DNA of 64,000 nucleotides from Deferrisomatales bacterium (GTDB lineage: Bacteria; Desulfobacterota; Deferrisomatia; Deferrisomatales; JACRMM01): contig JAWSUI010000010.1 in NCBI GenBank assembly GCA_033551855.1, forward strand, positions 1-64,000, given 5' to 3'. Positions within the stretch are counted from its first letter, which is position 1. Each line of letters opens with the position of its first letter. Below are positions 27,605 through 37,127 of this stretch, piece by piece. The notes below the pieces were generated by a model, which searched no databases, was not told the DNA's origin, and worked only from the letters and a program-made list of their open reading frames with translations. The position numbers and the translations under genes were made by a program.

Positions 27605-28003
27605 CTAGGCGTGCTCCTCGAGGGGCCACAGCCCCCGGCTCTCCAGCACGCGGCGAAGCGCCTTGAGACCCTGGTTCATGGCCGGCACCCCGCCGTAGAC
27701 GGCGGTCTGGAAGATGGCCTCGGCGAGCTCCCGCGGGGTGCACCCCACGTTGAGCCCCGCGTGGAGGTGGAGCTCGAGCTCCTCGGTCCGCTCCAACACG
27801 GTCAGCGCCGCCACGGTGACCATTTGGCGCACCGGGTGGGGAATTACCTCCCGGCTGTACATCTGGCCGGTGATGAAGAGGGAGAGGTCCTTGGCGAGGC
27901 CCTTGTCGAAGGACCTCCACAGCTCGTAGGGGCGCTCCCCGGTCACTCCCTCGAAGTACAGCTTGGCGGTCTCTGCGGTCTTCTTCACGACGTCGTCGGC
28001 CAT
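27605..28003 (-). CDS. Carboxymuconolactone decarboxylase (AhpD-like) family protein
   Basis: RQMVTVAAL, ELELHLHAGLNVG, YGGVP. Confidence 0.9.
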   Translation of the reverse strand: MADDVVKKTAETAKLYFEGVTGERPYELWRSFDKGLAKDLSLFITGQMYSREVIPHPVRQMVTVAALTVLERTEELELHLHAGLNVGCTPRELAEAIFQTAVYGGVPAMNQGLKALRRVLESRGLWPLEEHA

Positions 28004-28013
28004 GGGGACACCT

Positions 28014-28048
28014 CGTCACGATTCACGATTCACCATTCACCCTTCACG
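28014..28048. repeat. Heptamer tandem repeat (NNTCACS x5)
   Basis: cgtcacg attcacg attcacc attcacc cttcacg. Confidence 0.7.
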
Positions 28049-29444
28049 GGCCGGGCGGCAGGACCTTGCCGGGGTTGAGAATCCCCCGGGGATCGAGCGC
28101 GTGCTTCAGGAGGTGCATGAGCTCGAGCCCGGGGCCGTGCTCCCGGTGCAGGAACTTGCGCTTGCCGAGGCCGACCCCGTGCTCCCCGGTCGCGGTTCCC
28201 CCCAGGGCCAGCGCCGCCTCCACGACCTCGGCGTTCGCCTCCTGGATCGCCGCCCACGCGCCCGTGTCCTCCAGTGCCCCCAGGATGAGGCAGTGGAGGT
28301 TCCCGTCCCCGGCGTGGCCGAAGATGTACCCGGTGAGGCCGCGGCGGTCCACGGCCCCCCGGGCCCGGGCGGCGAGCTCCGGGTAGCGGCTCCGGGGAAC
28401 TGCTGCGTCCACGATCAGGATGCCGTGCCCGGGATGGGCCTCCCGGATGGTGCGGTACGCCCGGTGGCGGGCATCCCAGAGGCGGGCTCGCTCGTCCGGG
28501 CCCACCCCTGCGTCGAAGGTGAGGGCCCCCTCGGACCGGCAGAGCTCCTCCACTATCCCCACGTCGGCCGCGAGCCCGGCCCGGCTGGAGCCGTGGAACT
28601 CCAGGAACAGGAGGGGGTGCGGGGGCAGGCCGAGCCGGGCCGCGGCCTCCACGGTGCGCACCGTCACGTCGTCGAGGAACTCGCAGGCCGCCGGGCCGAG
28701 GCCCGACGCCATCACAGCGGTCACCGCCCGGGTCGCAGAGCCCGCGTCGGGAAAGGCTGCCAGGGCGGTCATCACCTCCGGGGGCAGGGGCGCGAGCTCC
28801 AAGGTGATGCGGGTGAAGACCCCCAGGGTGCCCTCGCTCCCCACGAAGAGCCCCGCCGTGTCGTAACCCGAGGAGGACTTGTGGGCCAGGGTGCCCACCT
28901 CGACGCGCCGTCCGTCGGCCAGGGCCACCTCCAGGCGTTTGACGTAGCGGTTGGTGGAGCCGTAGCGCACCGTGCGGATGCCCGAGGCGTTGGTGGCCAC
29001 CATCCCCCCCAGGCTCGCGGAGGCCCCGGGGTCGGGGGGGAAGAAGAGACCCGTGCGCAGGCGGTTGAGCTCGGTGTTGAGATCCGTGTAGAGGACCCCG
29101 GGCTCCGCCACCACCAGGAAGTCCTCGGGCCGGATGTCGAGCACCCGGTTCATCTGGGCGAAGTCGAGCACGAGCCCCCCCGCGACGGGAATGGCGGCTC
29201 CCTCGACCCCGGTGCCCGCCCCCCACGGGGTCACCGGGACGCCGCGCTCGAAGGCCCACTCCAGGGCACGACTCACCTCCCCGGCTTCCACCGGCCAAAC
29301 CACCGCCTCGGGCCGGCGGGCCTCGTGGAAGGACTCGTCCCGGCTGTGGAGATCCAGGACCGACGCACCCCGGGAGACGCGCTCGGGGGGGAAGACGGTC
29401 TCCAGCACCCGGAAATCGGCATCGGAGAGAGGGGGGCGGGTCAT
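28044..29444 (-). CDS. FAD-linked oxidase, D-lactate dehydrogenase/GlcD family
   Basis: GAGTGVEG, FPPDPG, GSEGTLG, GHAGDGNLH, GEHGVG, LNPGK. Confidence 0.92.
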   Translation of the reverse strand: MTRPPLSDADFRVLETVFPPERVSRGASVLDLHSRDESFHEARRPEAVVWPVEAGEVSRALEWAFERGVPVTPWGAGTGVEGAAIPVAGGLVLDFAQMNRVLDIRPEDFLVVAEPGVLYTDLNTELNRLRTGLFFPPDPGASASLGGMVATNASGIRTVRYGSTNRYVKRLEVALADGRRVEVGTLAHKSSSGYDTAGLFVGSEGTLGVFTRITLELAPLPPEVMTALAAFPDAGSATRAVTAVMASGLGPAACEFLDDVTVRTVEAAARLGLPPHPLLFLEFHGSSRAGLAADVGIVEELCRSEGALTFDAGVGPDERARLWDARHRAYRTIREAHPGHGILIVDAAVPRSRYPELAARARGAVDRRGLTGYIFGHAGDGNLHCLILGALEDTGAWAAIQEANAEVVEAALALGGTATGEHGVGLGKRKFLHREHGPGLELMHLLKHALDPRGILNPGKVLPPGP

Positions 29445-30253
29445 CCGGCGGTCCTCCGCTTGGGGGAGAGGGCCAGGCACCCGAAGAAGAGCGCCGTGGC
29501 CGTGAGCACGATGGTCGCCCCCGAGGGCACGTCGAAGGCGTAGGAGAGGACCAGCCCGAGCAGGCACGAGAGGTTCCCGAAGAGGACCGAGAGGCCGAAC
29601 AGGGCGCGGTAGTCGTAGGTGAGCTGGTAGGCGGCCGAGGCCGGCGTCACGATGAGGGCAAAGACCAGCATCACCCCCACGGCGTTCAGGGAGAGCACGA
29701 TGGTCAGACTGATGAGCAGCAGCATGACGAAGGAGAGCTTGGCAGCGGGCAGGCCCAGGGCCTCGGCCATCTCGGCGTCGAAGGACAGTAGCTGGAACTC
29801 CTTGAAGAACACGGCCACCGTCGCCGCCACCACCGCCGTCAGAACCGCGATGATGACCAGGTCCGCCCGGGTCACGGAGAGGATGTTCCCGAAGAGGTAC
29901 CCATACAGCCGCGCGTCGTAGCGCTTCATGAGCCCCACGAACAGGATCCCCAGGGCCATGGTGAGGGCGTAGAAGATGCCGATGGAGGAGTCCATCTTGA
30001 TCTTCCCTGCGTGGCTCGTCGCGTGGATCGCCCCCGAGGTCCCGAGGCAGAAACCCACGGCGGTGAGCAGCGGGTTCCACCCCAGGAGGAACCCCAGGGC
30101 GACGCCCCCGAAGGCCGCGTGGGAGATGCCGGCCCCGATGAACGCGAGCCCCCGGAGGATGACGTACACCCCCACCAGGGAGCACGAGGTCCCGACGAAC
30201 AGGCTCGCCAGAAGCGCCCGCCGGACGAAGGCGAATTCGAACATCTCAATCAC
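29441..30253 (-). CDS. znuB: Zn/Mn ABC transporter permease
   Basis: GISHAAFGG, YLFGNIL, PSGATIV. Confidence 0.88.
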   Translation of the reverse strand: MIEMFEFAFVRRALLASLFVGTSCSLVGVYVILRGLAFIGAGISHAAFGGVALGFLLGWNPLLTAVGFCLGTSGAIHATSHAGKIKMDSSIGIFYALTMALGILFVGLMKRYDARLYGYLFGNILSVTRADLVIIAVLTAVVAATVAVFFKEFQLLSFDAEMAEALGLPAAKLSFVMLLLISLTIVLSLNAVGVMLVFALIVTPASAAYQLTYDYRALFGLSVLFGNLSCLLGLVLSYAFDVPSGATIVLTATALFFGCLALSPKRRTAG

Positions 30254-31049
30254 GGTGGACGTCCCCCGGGATCACGAAGGGCCGGCCGTGGGCCTCGTGC
30301 ACGTGGACCTCCACCCCGTACATCTCGTCCAGCACCTCCTTGACCAGGGCCTCTCCCGGTGGGCCGTAGGCAAAGACTTTCCGGTTCACGGCCAGGACCA
30401 GGTCGAGGAACGGGTAGACGAGGTTCACGTCGTGGGTCACCAGGAGGGTGGTCAGCCGGCGCTCCCGGTGGGTGCGGTGGATGAGCTCCATGACCGCGGC
30501 CTGGCTGCGCACGTCCAGGCCCGTGGAGGGCTCGTCCAGGAGCAGGATCCGCGGGTCCCGGACCATCGCCCGGGCGATGAAGACCCGCTGGAGCTGCCCC
30601 CCCGAGAGGTGGCCCACCGGGCGGCGGGCCAGGTCGGCCGCGCCCACCGAGTCCAGGGCGGCCAGGGCCTTCTCCCGCTCCGCCCTTCCGGGGCGGCGCA
30701 GCAGACCCAGGCGCGGGTAGAGCCCCATGAGGACGGCATCGAGGACCTTGGCCGGGAAGAAGGGGTCCACCCGGGCCCCCTGGGGCACGTACCCGATGTC
30801 CAGGCGGACCTTGCGCAGCTGGTGGCAGCACAGCTCCCCCACGTGGATCCGGCCCCGGCTGGGGGTGACGATGCCGAGTACGCCCTTGAGGAGCGAGGTC
30901 TTGCCCGAGCCGTTGGGCCCGATGACGCCGAGGAAGGCGCCCTCGGGCACGTCCAGGGAGACCTCCTCCAGGGCGACCGTGCCGTCGTAGGCCAGGGTGA
31001 CCCCCTCGAAGCGGATCGCCGGCGGCGCCCCGAAGGGCAGGGGGATCAA
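30246..31049 (-). CDS. znuC: Zn/Mn ABC transporter ATP-binding protein
   Basis: GPNGSGKT, GYVPQ, LSGGQLQR, LLDEP; TTG start overlaps the znuA stop. Confidence 0.88.
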   Translation of the reverse strand: MIPLPFGAPPAIRFEGVTLAYDGTVALEEVSLDVPEGAFLGVIGPNGSGKTSLLKGVLGIVTPSRGRIHVGELCCHQLRKVRLDIGYVPQGARVDPFFPAKVLDAVLMGLYPRLGLLRRPGRAEREKALAALDSVGAADLARRPVGHLSGGQLQRVFIARAMVRDPRILLLDEPSTGLDVRSQAAVMELIHRTHRERRLTTLLVTHDVNLVYPFLDLVLAVNRKVFAYGPPGEALVKEVLDEMYGVEVHVHEAHGRPFVIPGDVHRD

Positions 31050-31948
31050 GGGGAGGGCTCCCGCAGGGCGCGGAGCAGGGCCTGGGCGTTGTGCTCGAGG
31101 AGCTCGAGATAGCTCTCCGGCCCCTCGGGACCGAGCAGCGTCGACAGGGTGACCACCCGGATCCCGGCCTCCTGGGCCAGTAGGTCGGGCATCTTCGAGG
31201 AGAGCTGGGGTTCGCTCACGAGGACCCGGAGCTTGTCCCGCCGGATGCGCTGCACCAGGGCGGCGAGCGCCCGGGCCGAGGGCTCCTGACCCGGAATGGG
31301 CGCGACCACCCCGGCCTGCTCGAGCCCGAGGCTCCGGGCGAAGTACGGCCAGGAGGAGTGATACGCGAGGAAGCGCCGGTCCGGCAGAGTCTGCGCCTCT
31401 CGCCTGAGCCGGGCTGCGAGGGCCTCCAGGCGGGCGAGGTAGGCCTCGAGGTTGCCCCGGTAGGTCTCGGCCCCCCCCGGGTCCGCCGCCGTCAAGGCCT
31501 CGGCGATCGTGCGGCACATGAGGGCCGCGTTCTCGGGGGAGAGCCACACGTGGGGGTTGCCCAGCGCGTGGGCGTGCCCGTGGCCGTGCCGGTGCCCGTG
31601 CTGATCCGCCTCGTCCTCGAGCACCGGGACCCCCTGGGAGGCTTCGACGATGCGCAGCTCGGGGCTTCCGGCGCTTTCCACGAGCCCGTCGAGCCACTCC
31701 TCGAGCCCCAGGCCGACCTTCACGAGGACCCGGGCCCGCGCCAGATCCCGGGCGTCGCTCACCCGGGGCTCGTAGGTGTGCGGGTCCTCGAACCCCCGGA
31801 GGAGGCTCGTTGCCTCCACCCGTTCCCCCCCGATCTGGCGCACCCAGTCGGCCAGGTCGGGCAAGGTGGTCACCACGCGGAGGCGCTCGGCGGCGGGAGC
31901 GGGGGCCGCGCAGAGACAGCAGAGCAGGGCGAAGAGGGACCGGAGCAT
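31046..31948 (-). CDS. znuA: Zn/Mn ABC transporter substrate-binding protein
   Basis: Signal peptide; DPHTYEP, His-rich loop HGHRHGHGHAH, NPHVWLSP, YHSSWPYF. Confidence 0.9.
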   Translation of the reverse strand: MLRSLFALLCCLCAAPAPAAERLRVVTTLPDLADWVRQIGGERVEATSLLRGFEDPHTYEPRVSDARDLARARVLVKVGLGLEEWLDGLVESAGSPELRIVEASQGVPVLEDEADQHGHRHGHGHAHALGNPHVWLSPENAALMCRTIAEALTAADPGGAETYRGNLEAYLARLEALAARLRREAQTLPDRRFLAYHSSWPYFARSLGLEQAGVVAPIPGQEPSARALAALVQRIRRDKLRVLVSEPQLSSKMPDLLAQEAGIRVVTLSTLLGPEGPESYLELLEHNAQALLRALREPSP

Positions 31949-31988
31949 CGAAGCCTCGAATTTTTCCAGGTTTTTCAGCAAGTTCCGG

Positions 31989-32017
31989 ATTCTAGGGGAG
32001 GTCGGAGGGATCGTCAA
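31989..32017 (-). promoter_or_regulatory. Sigma70 promoter for the znuACB operon
   Basis: TTGACG-17 bp-TAGAAT, followed by an AT-rich leader. Confidence 0.75.
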
Positions 32018-32445
32018 GGCGGAGAGCCCTCCGTGGCGACCTGCGAAGGGTCGGATCCTGCCGGAGCACCGCCTCCAGAGTGGTGTCGAGAGTGGCCTTC
32101 CGGCACTCGACTCCGGCCAACGTCCCCTCGCCGGGGAATCGCACGTAGCGGCACGCGCCCCGGAACAGGGGGAGGCAGACGCATTCCCGGCACGTCCTTT
32201 CAGCCCTCCAGCGCGGTCCGCCGAAGGTCGCAGCCACATCTGCGGTGACACCGGGTTACACGTCCCGAAGCTCGGCGAGGCGCTCGGAGACTTCATGGGC
32301 CTTCCGCACCGGAACGACCGTCAGGGTCACACCGAGCTTCCGGGACGGCCAGAGCCGGGAAATAGAGGACGGGCACCGCGGGCGGGGGGAGGAAGTCCGA
32401 GAGCTCGACGGCGGCGAACAGGGCTCTTCGCGCCACGGCCGTCAC
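31992..32445 (-). pseudogene. Relic of a radical SAM/SPASM protein C-terminus (geopeptide-maturase-like)
   Basis: CRECVCLPLFRGACRY..GVECRKATLDTTLEAVLRQD matches the SPASM CxxCxxLPLCxGGC pattern with one Cys lost; upstream frames are broken; no CxxxCxxC. Confidence 0.5.
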
Positions 32446-32488
32446 GGCGCCAGGCCGCCGGCCTGCCGCCCGGCGCCCCCGAAACCCC

Positions 32489-33826
32489 TCAGCGCAACTC
32501 GGCCTTCAGGTCCCGGGCCGCCCTCTCGTAGGCCTCCAGGAGGGCCTCGACGTCGGCGTCGCCATGGGCCCGGGAGAGGGCACCCCCGCCGTGGACGGCG
32601 AACACACCGCGGTTCAGGAGGGAGATCCGGAGCTCCCGGTCCTTGACCGCAGCGTACGTCTTGGCCGCCACGTCCGCCGGGCTCTCGAGCACCGGGTCGT
32701 CCCCCCGGAGGACGTGGGTCATGAGGAGGCTGCCGGCCCCCGTGCACGCCGCGGGCAGGCCAGCGGCGCGGAAGCGCTCCTCGACGCCGCGGCGCAGCGC
32801 TTCTCCCCGCCGCTCCAGATCGGCGTAGAGCGTGTCGCCCCCTCGGGCCAGGGTCTCGAGGGTTGCCAGGCTCGCCGCCATCGAGAGGGGGTTGCACGAG
32901 AACGTGCCGCCTCCCACCAGCACCGGCCGGTCCGGGCCTCGGGCCGTGTGGGGGTTGGCGGCCTCGAGGATCTCCCGGCGGCCGCCGTAGACGCCCAGGG
33001 GCAGCCCCCCCCCGGCGATCTTCCCCAGGGCGGTCAGGTCGGGCCGCACCCCCAATCGGTCCGCCAGGGTGCCGTACCGGAACCGGAAGCCCGTGATGAT
33101 CTCGTCGAAGATCAGCACGGCGTCCTGGTCGTCGCAGATCTCACGGAGCGTCGCCAGGTACTCGGGGCGGGCCGGCAGGAACCCGCCGGCTCCCAGCATG
33201 GGCTCGACGATGATCCCGGCAATCGCCCCCCGGTGGCGATCCACCTCGGCCAGGGTCCCTTCCACGTCGTTGAACGGGATGAGCCCGACCCCCTGCTCCC
33301 GGGGGTCGGGCAACCCCGGCCCCTCCGCCCCACGGAAGGGGGTGCTCACGGCGTAGGAGAGGTCGGTGCTCGCGCCGTGCCAGCCCCCCTCGGCCTTGAG
33401 GACCCAGGGCCGGCCGGTGAAGCCGCGGGCTAGGCGCACCGCGTACATGGTCGCCTCGGTTCCCGTGGTGCAGAAGCGCATCTCCTCCAGGGAGGGGACG
33501 GCATCCCGGAGCACCTCGGCGAGCTCCACCTGGAGCCGGGAGGGCATCCCCCAGTGCCACCCGCCCTCGAGGGTGCGGGCCAGCGCCTCCTTCACCTCCG
33601 GGGCGGCGTGACCCAGGATCAGGGCATAGTGGCCCATCCAGAGGTCGAGGAAGCTCGACCCGTCGACGTCGGTGAACCGGGGACCCGCGGCGTGGTTCGG
33701 GTACACCGGGTGGGGGCGGAAGGCGCGCACGTTGTGGCAGATGCCCCCCGGGAAGAGCGACGACGCCCTCCGGTGGAGTTCCTCGGAGGTCGGGGTGAGG
33801 CGCCGGTAGGTCTCGAAGATGTTCAT
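32489..33826 (-). CDS. Class III aminotransferase, glutamate-1-semialdehyde aminomutase (HemL)-like
   Basis: TGTEATMYAVRLARGFTGR, LIFDEIITGFR, LGKIAGGGLP, GGTFSCNP. Confidence 0.88.
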   Translation of the reverse strand: MNIFETYRRLTPTSEELHRRASSLFPGGICHNVRAFRPHPVYPNHAAGPRFTDVDGSSFLDLWMGHYALILGHAAPEVKEALARTLEGGWHWGMPSRLQVELAEVLRDAVPSLEEMRFCTTGTEATMYAVRLARGFTGRPWVLKAEGGWHGASTDLSYAVSTPFRGAEGPGLPDPREQGVGLIPFNDVEGTLAEVDRHRGAIAGIIVEPMLGAGGFLPARPEYLATLREICDDQDAVLIFDEIITGFRFRYGTLADRLGVRPDLTALGKIAGGGLPLGVYGGRREILEAANPHTARGPDRPVLVGGGTFSCNPLSMAASLATLETLARGGDTLYADLERRGEALRRGVEERFRAAGLPAACTGAGSLLMTHVLRGDDPVLESPADVAAKTYAAVKDRELRISLLNRGVFAVHGGGALSRAHGDADVEALLEAYERAARDLKAELR

Positions 33827-33930
33827 GGGCAACGGTCCCTCGTCCGTGGTGAGATATCCGTCGCAGAGACACCAGGGACCTGTGAAGCACAAGGAACGCT
33901 GCAGCGAGCAGCCGCCCGGGTCGGTCGGCT

Positions 33931-33979
33931 CCCCACGTTTCCCTCGTCACGCGTCACGGATCCCGGCTCACCCCTCGCC
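33931..33979. repeat. Degenerate heptamer tandem repeat (NNTCACG-type)
   Basis: ccccacg tttccct cgtcacg cgtcacg gatcccg gctcacc cctcgcc. Confidence 0.45.
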
Positions 33980-33988
33980 GGCCGGGCC

Positions 33989-34870
33989 TCACCCCCATCG
34001 CCAGAGGGAGATCACGATCAGCACGCCCAAGGCGACCAGGAGATTCACGTAGGCCATGACGTAGAAGACCCGGACGAGGGGCTCGCCGCCGCGCTCGGCC
34101 TCCTCCCCGGCCGCGGAGCGCGACGGGAACCCGTCGAGCCTCTCGGGACCGTGGGGCGCCCCGGCCAAGGCCTCCTCCAGGTCCTGTCCCGCCTGGTGGC
34201 GCCGGAAGTGGTTTCCGTCCTTCCAGCGCCGGCTCGCCGTGAGGTCGTAGATCCGGTCTCCCACCTTGACCCAGGCCGGCCGGCCCTCCCGGCCGTCGTT
34301 GGCCTGCCACCCGGCTCGGAGCCGCTTGAGGTGGGGGCTGATGAAGAGGGTTGCGACGGCCGCCGAGGCCACCAGAAAGAGGAAGAGCCCGATCTTCACC
34401 AGGAGGAGCTGCCCGGCCTCCGTGGCGAGGAGGTTCGCCGGGCTCTGGAAGCGCATCTTGGTGAGGGGCACCCCGGTGGCTGCCAGGACCGCCATGGAGA
34501 TCCAGGCAATGCGCATCTCGGCCCGGGGCAGCCCCCCGAGGGCGTACTTGGGCCGGAGCACCACGTGCACGTAGAAGATCGTGCCGAACCACATGACGGC
34601 GGTGGTGAGGTGGAGGAACCCGAGGGCCAGGCGCACCGCCTTCATCGCCGGAGACCGGCTCCGGATCTGAATCTGCTCGGGGATGGGCCACGCACCGCCC
34701 GCCGCGACGAACGCCTCCCCGACGGGTGTCAGCGGTCCTCCACCGAAATCGTCCCGATGGCAGACCCCACAATCCTGACCGGTGCGGTCGGCGTACTCCT
34801 CGGTCGCGGAGGAGACCCCCGCGAAGCACAAGAGCGCGAGCACGGCGATGGCGAGGCGGGCGCAGGTCAT
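33989..34870 (-). CDS. Membrane protein: periplasmic CxxCH + CopD-like TM bundle + cytochrome b5-like domain
   Basis: Signal peptide, CGVCH, about four TMs, DGREGRPAW..YDLT..WKDGNH..HQAG..APHG. Confidence 0.8.
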   Translation of the reverse strand: MTCARLAIAVLALLCFAGVSSATEEYADRTGQDCGVCHRDDFGGGPLTPVGEAFVAAGGAWPIPEQIQIRSRSPAMKAVRLALGFLHLTTAVMWFGTIFYVHVVLRPKYALGGLPRAEMRIAWISMAVLAATGVPLTKMRFQSPANLLATEAGQLLLVKIGLFLFLVASAAVATLFISPHLKRLRAGWQANDGREGRPAWVKVGDRIYDLTASRRWKDGNHFRRHQAGQDLEEALAGAPHGPERLDGFPSRSAAGEEAERGGEPLVRVFYVMAYVNLLVALGVLIVISLWRWG

Positions 34871-35118
34871 CGGGCCTCCAGAAGTGGTCCCTGACTTGTA
34901 GCACTCGACCACGCCTGCCGCAACTGCCCAGCAACCCTCGGAATCCACCGTCTGGCGACGAGCGGGCGGCAGGGGGCCCTGGATCCGCGCCCTCCCGAAC
35001 CCCATGAGACTCCGGACCGGTGGTCCCGGGTTCCTCCCAGCGGTTTACCCGACCGGGGGCGCGTGGTACCGTTCCGCGGACGGTGCCGCACCCAACCTCT
35101 CGACCCAAGAGGATACCC

Positions 35119-35895
35119 ATGGCCTACACCGATCTCACCCTCGAGCGCGACGGAGAGGTGGCCGTCCTGACCCTCAACCGCCCCACCAAGCGCAACTCCC
35201 TGTCCCTGGGTCTGATGGAGGAAGTTCTGGAGGCTCTCGCAGAGGTGCAGGCCGACGCCGCGGTGGGCGCCTTGGTGGTCCGAGGGGCCGGCCCCGCCTT
35301 CTGCGCCGGCCACGACCTCTCGGAGATGACCGGCAGGGACGTGGTCGCCTACCGGCGGGTCTTCGACACCTGCACCCGGATGATGGCCGCGATCCAGGCC
35401 CTTCCCCGGCCGGTGATCGCCCAGGTGCACGGGATTGCCACCGCCGCCGGGTGCCAGCTCGTGGCAACCTGCGACCTGGCGGTGGCCGAGGAGGGAGCCC
35501 GTTTCGCCACGCCTGGGGTGAAGATCGGGCTCTTCTGCTCCACGCCGATGGTCCCGCTCACCCGGGCGGTGGGGCGCAAGAAGGCCCTCGAGATGCTTCT
35601 CACCGGGGACTACCTGGACGCCCACGAGGCCCGGGCTTTCGGCCTGGTGAACAAGGTCGTCTCCCCCGCCGCCCTGGCCGACGAGACCCTGGCCCTGGCC
35701 CGCAAGGTTGCGGCGGCCAGCCCCCTGGTCCTCGGTCTGGGCAAGCAGGCCTTCTACGCCCAGGCGGACCTGCCCCAGCCGCAGGCCTACGCTTATGCGC
35801 AGGAGGTGATGAGCCTCAACGCGATGGCCGCAGACGCCCAGGAGGGGATCTGCGCCTTCCTGGAGAAGAGAAAGCCCGCCTGGACCGGCCGGTAG
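35119..35895 (+). CDS. Enoyl-CoA hydratase/isomerase family protein
   Basis: LNRPTKRN, FCAGHDL, AAGCQLVATCDL, FLEKRKP. Confidence 0.92.
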   Translation: MAYTDLTLERDGEVAVLTLNRPTKRNSLSLGLMEEVLEALAEVQADAAVGALVVRGAGPAFCAGHDLSEMTGRDVVAYRRVFDTCTRMMAAIQALPRPVIAQVHGIATAAGCQLVATCDLAVAEEGARFATPGVKIGLFCSTPMVPLTRAVGRKKALEMLLTGDYLDAHEARAFGLVNKVVSPAALADETLALARKVAAASPLVLGLGKQAFYAQADLPQPQAYAYAQEVMSLNAMAADAQEGICAFLEKRKPAWTGR

Positions 35896-35899
35896 CGCG

Positions 35900-36343
35900 G
35901 TGCCGGCCCCCTCGCCCGTCCAGCGCTGGAAGCCCGCCGCCCGGGCCAGGACCCAGGTGCTCCTGGCGGCCGTGCTCTGGACGGGGGTTGGGGGCGGGCT
36001 CGCCGCCGCCGGAATCCGCTGGTCCCTGCTGGCCCCGGCCCTGTGGCCCGCCGCCATCCTGGCCGTGGCCCTGCCCCTGGGCCTTCTCAAGGGGCGGCTC
36101 GCCCTGGATCGGACAGCCGCGAGGATCGCCAGCCGGATCGCCCGCCGAGGGGATGGCACCTGCCTCGGGGGGTTTCTCTCCTGGAAGACCTGGCTCTTCG
36201 TCCTGGCCATGGTCGGGCTCGGCGGGACCCTTCGCGGCAGCGACCTGCCCCGGGCCGTCCTCGGCCTGCTCTACACGGCTGTGGGGATCTCGATGCTCTG
36301 GGGGAGCCGGGTCTTCTGGGCGGAGTGGCGTTCCGCACGGTGA
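35900..36343 (+). CDS. Small hypothetical membrane protein
   Basis: Four hydrophobic segments, CLGGFLSWKTW; starts 4 bp after the upstream gene. Confidence 0.7.
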   Translation: MPAPSPVQRWKPAARARTQVLLAAVLWTGVGGGLAAAGIRWSLLAPALWPAAILAVALPLGLLKGRLALDRTAARIASRIARRGDGTCLGGFLSWKTWLFVLAMVGLGGTLRGSDLPRAVLGLLYTAVGISMLWGSRVFWAEWRSAR

Positions 36344-36401
36344 GGGCTGCGGTGCCGCCCTCGGATTCCCCGCCGATGCGGCATCCCGCGAGCCGCCTCC
36401 C

Positions 36402-37043
36402 TCAGGGAACCAGCGCCGAGAGGAAGCAGCGCACCGCGACGAAGCCCGTAACCCTGTCGTCTGAAAATGGCGGAAACGGGTCGCCCGCCTCCACCAGGGT
36501 CTCGAAGGGAAGGTCGGAGCGAGGTCCCAGGGGAAGCCAGGCGGACGGCCCCAGGCTCCGGTCACGGTAGAGACCCTCGCCCCGGGGGTAGGGGTTGCCC
36601 AGCGGCCCCGCCGCCACTTCGCAGGTGCCGCTCGCGGACAAGACCAGCGCGAACCGCTCTCCTGCGGCGAAGAAGGGCGTGCCCGGCACAGCAAAGGTCC
36701 GGAAGCCGACCACCGAGGGGGACGGCGGCAGGTTCTCGGCGGGGAGCGAGAGGCTGGCCACCACCGTCTGCCCGGGAGCGGCGCCGTCCACCTCCCGAAC
36801 CTGGAGGGTGAACGCACCGGACGCGCAGCCGACCGGCAACCTCACCGCGGCCAGCCTCCCGGTCATCCCCGCCGTCAGCGTCTGGGCGAGCTCCTGGCCC
36901 GCGCTCCCGCCCACGACAAAGGGGGGCACCCCCCCGTCCAGCAGGGGCTGGGACTGGTCCACGAAGGCGGCCCCCGCCCCGCCCGCCGCCAAGAGAAGGC
37001 CCAGCGCGGCCGCCAACCACACCCCCGCCCTGTTCCGCCCCAC
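36402..37043 (-). CDS. Secreted hypothetical protein with a CFI-box-like C-terminal tail
   Basis: Signal peptide ending AGA; beta-rich core; ends RCFLSALVP. Confidence 0.6.
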   Translation of the reverse strand: MGRNRAGVWLAAALGLLLAAGGAGAAFVDQSQPLLDGGVPPFVVGGSAGQELAQTLTAGMTGRLAAVRLPVGCASGAFTLQVREVDGAAPGQTVVASLSLPAENLPPSPSVVGFRTFAVPGTPFFAAGERFALVLSASGTCEVAAGPLGNPYPRGEGLYRDRSLGPSAWLPLGPRSDLPFETLVEAGDPFPPFSDDRVTGFVAVRCFLSALVP

Positions 37044-37127
37044 GACCGGCCTCCTTCTGCGATCCCCGCGCCCCCCACGCCCGGAAGAGCTTTCCCCACC
37101 GCCCCCCTGGCGCCCTTCGCCTTCCGG

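Noticed and set aside
28014..28048. CRISPR-like periodicity
   Set aside because: 7-bp units without spacers and no cas genes in the window
32180..32370. Possible 6S RNA or cobalamin riboswitch upstream of znuA (inverted repeat 32261-32275 / 32332-32347)
   Set aside because: No B12 box or 6S bubble motifs recognised; better explained as decayed coding sequence, though cmscan was not run
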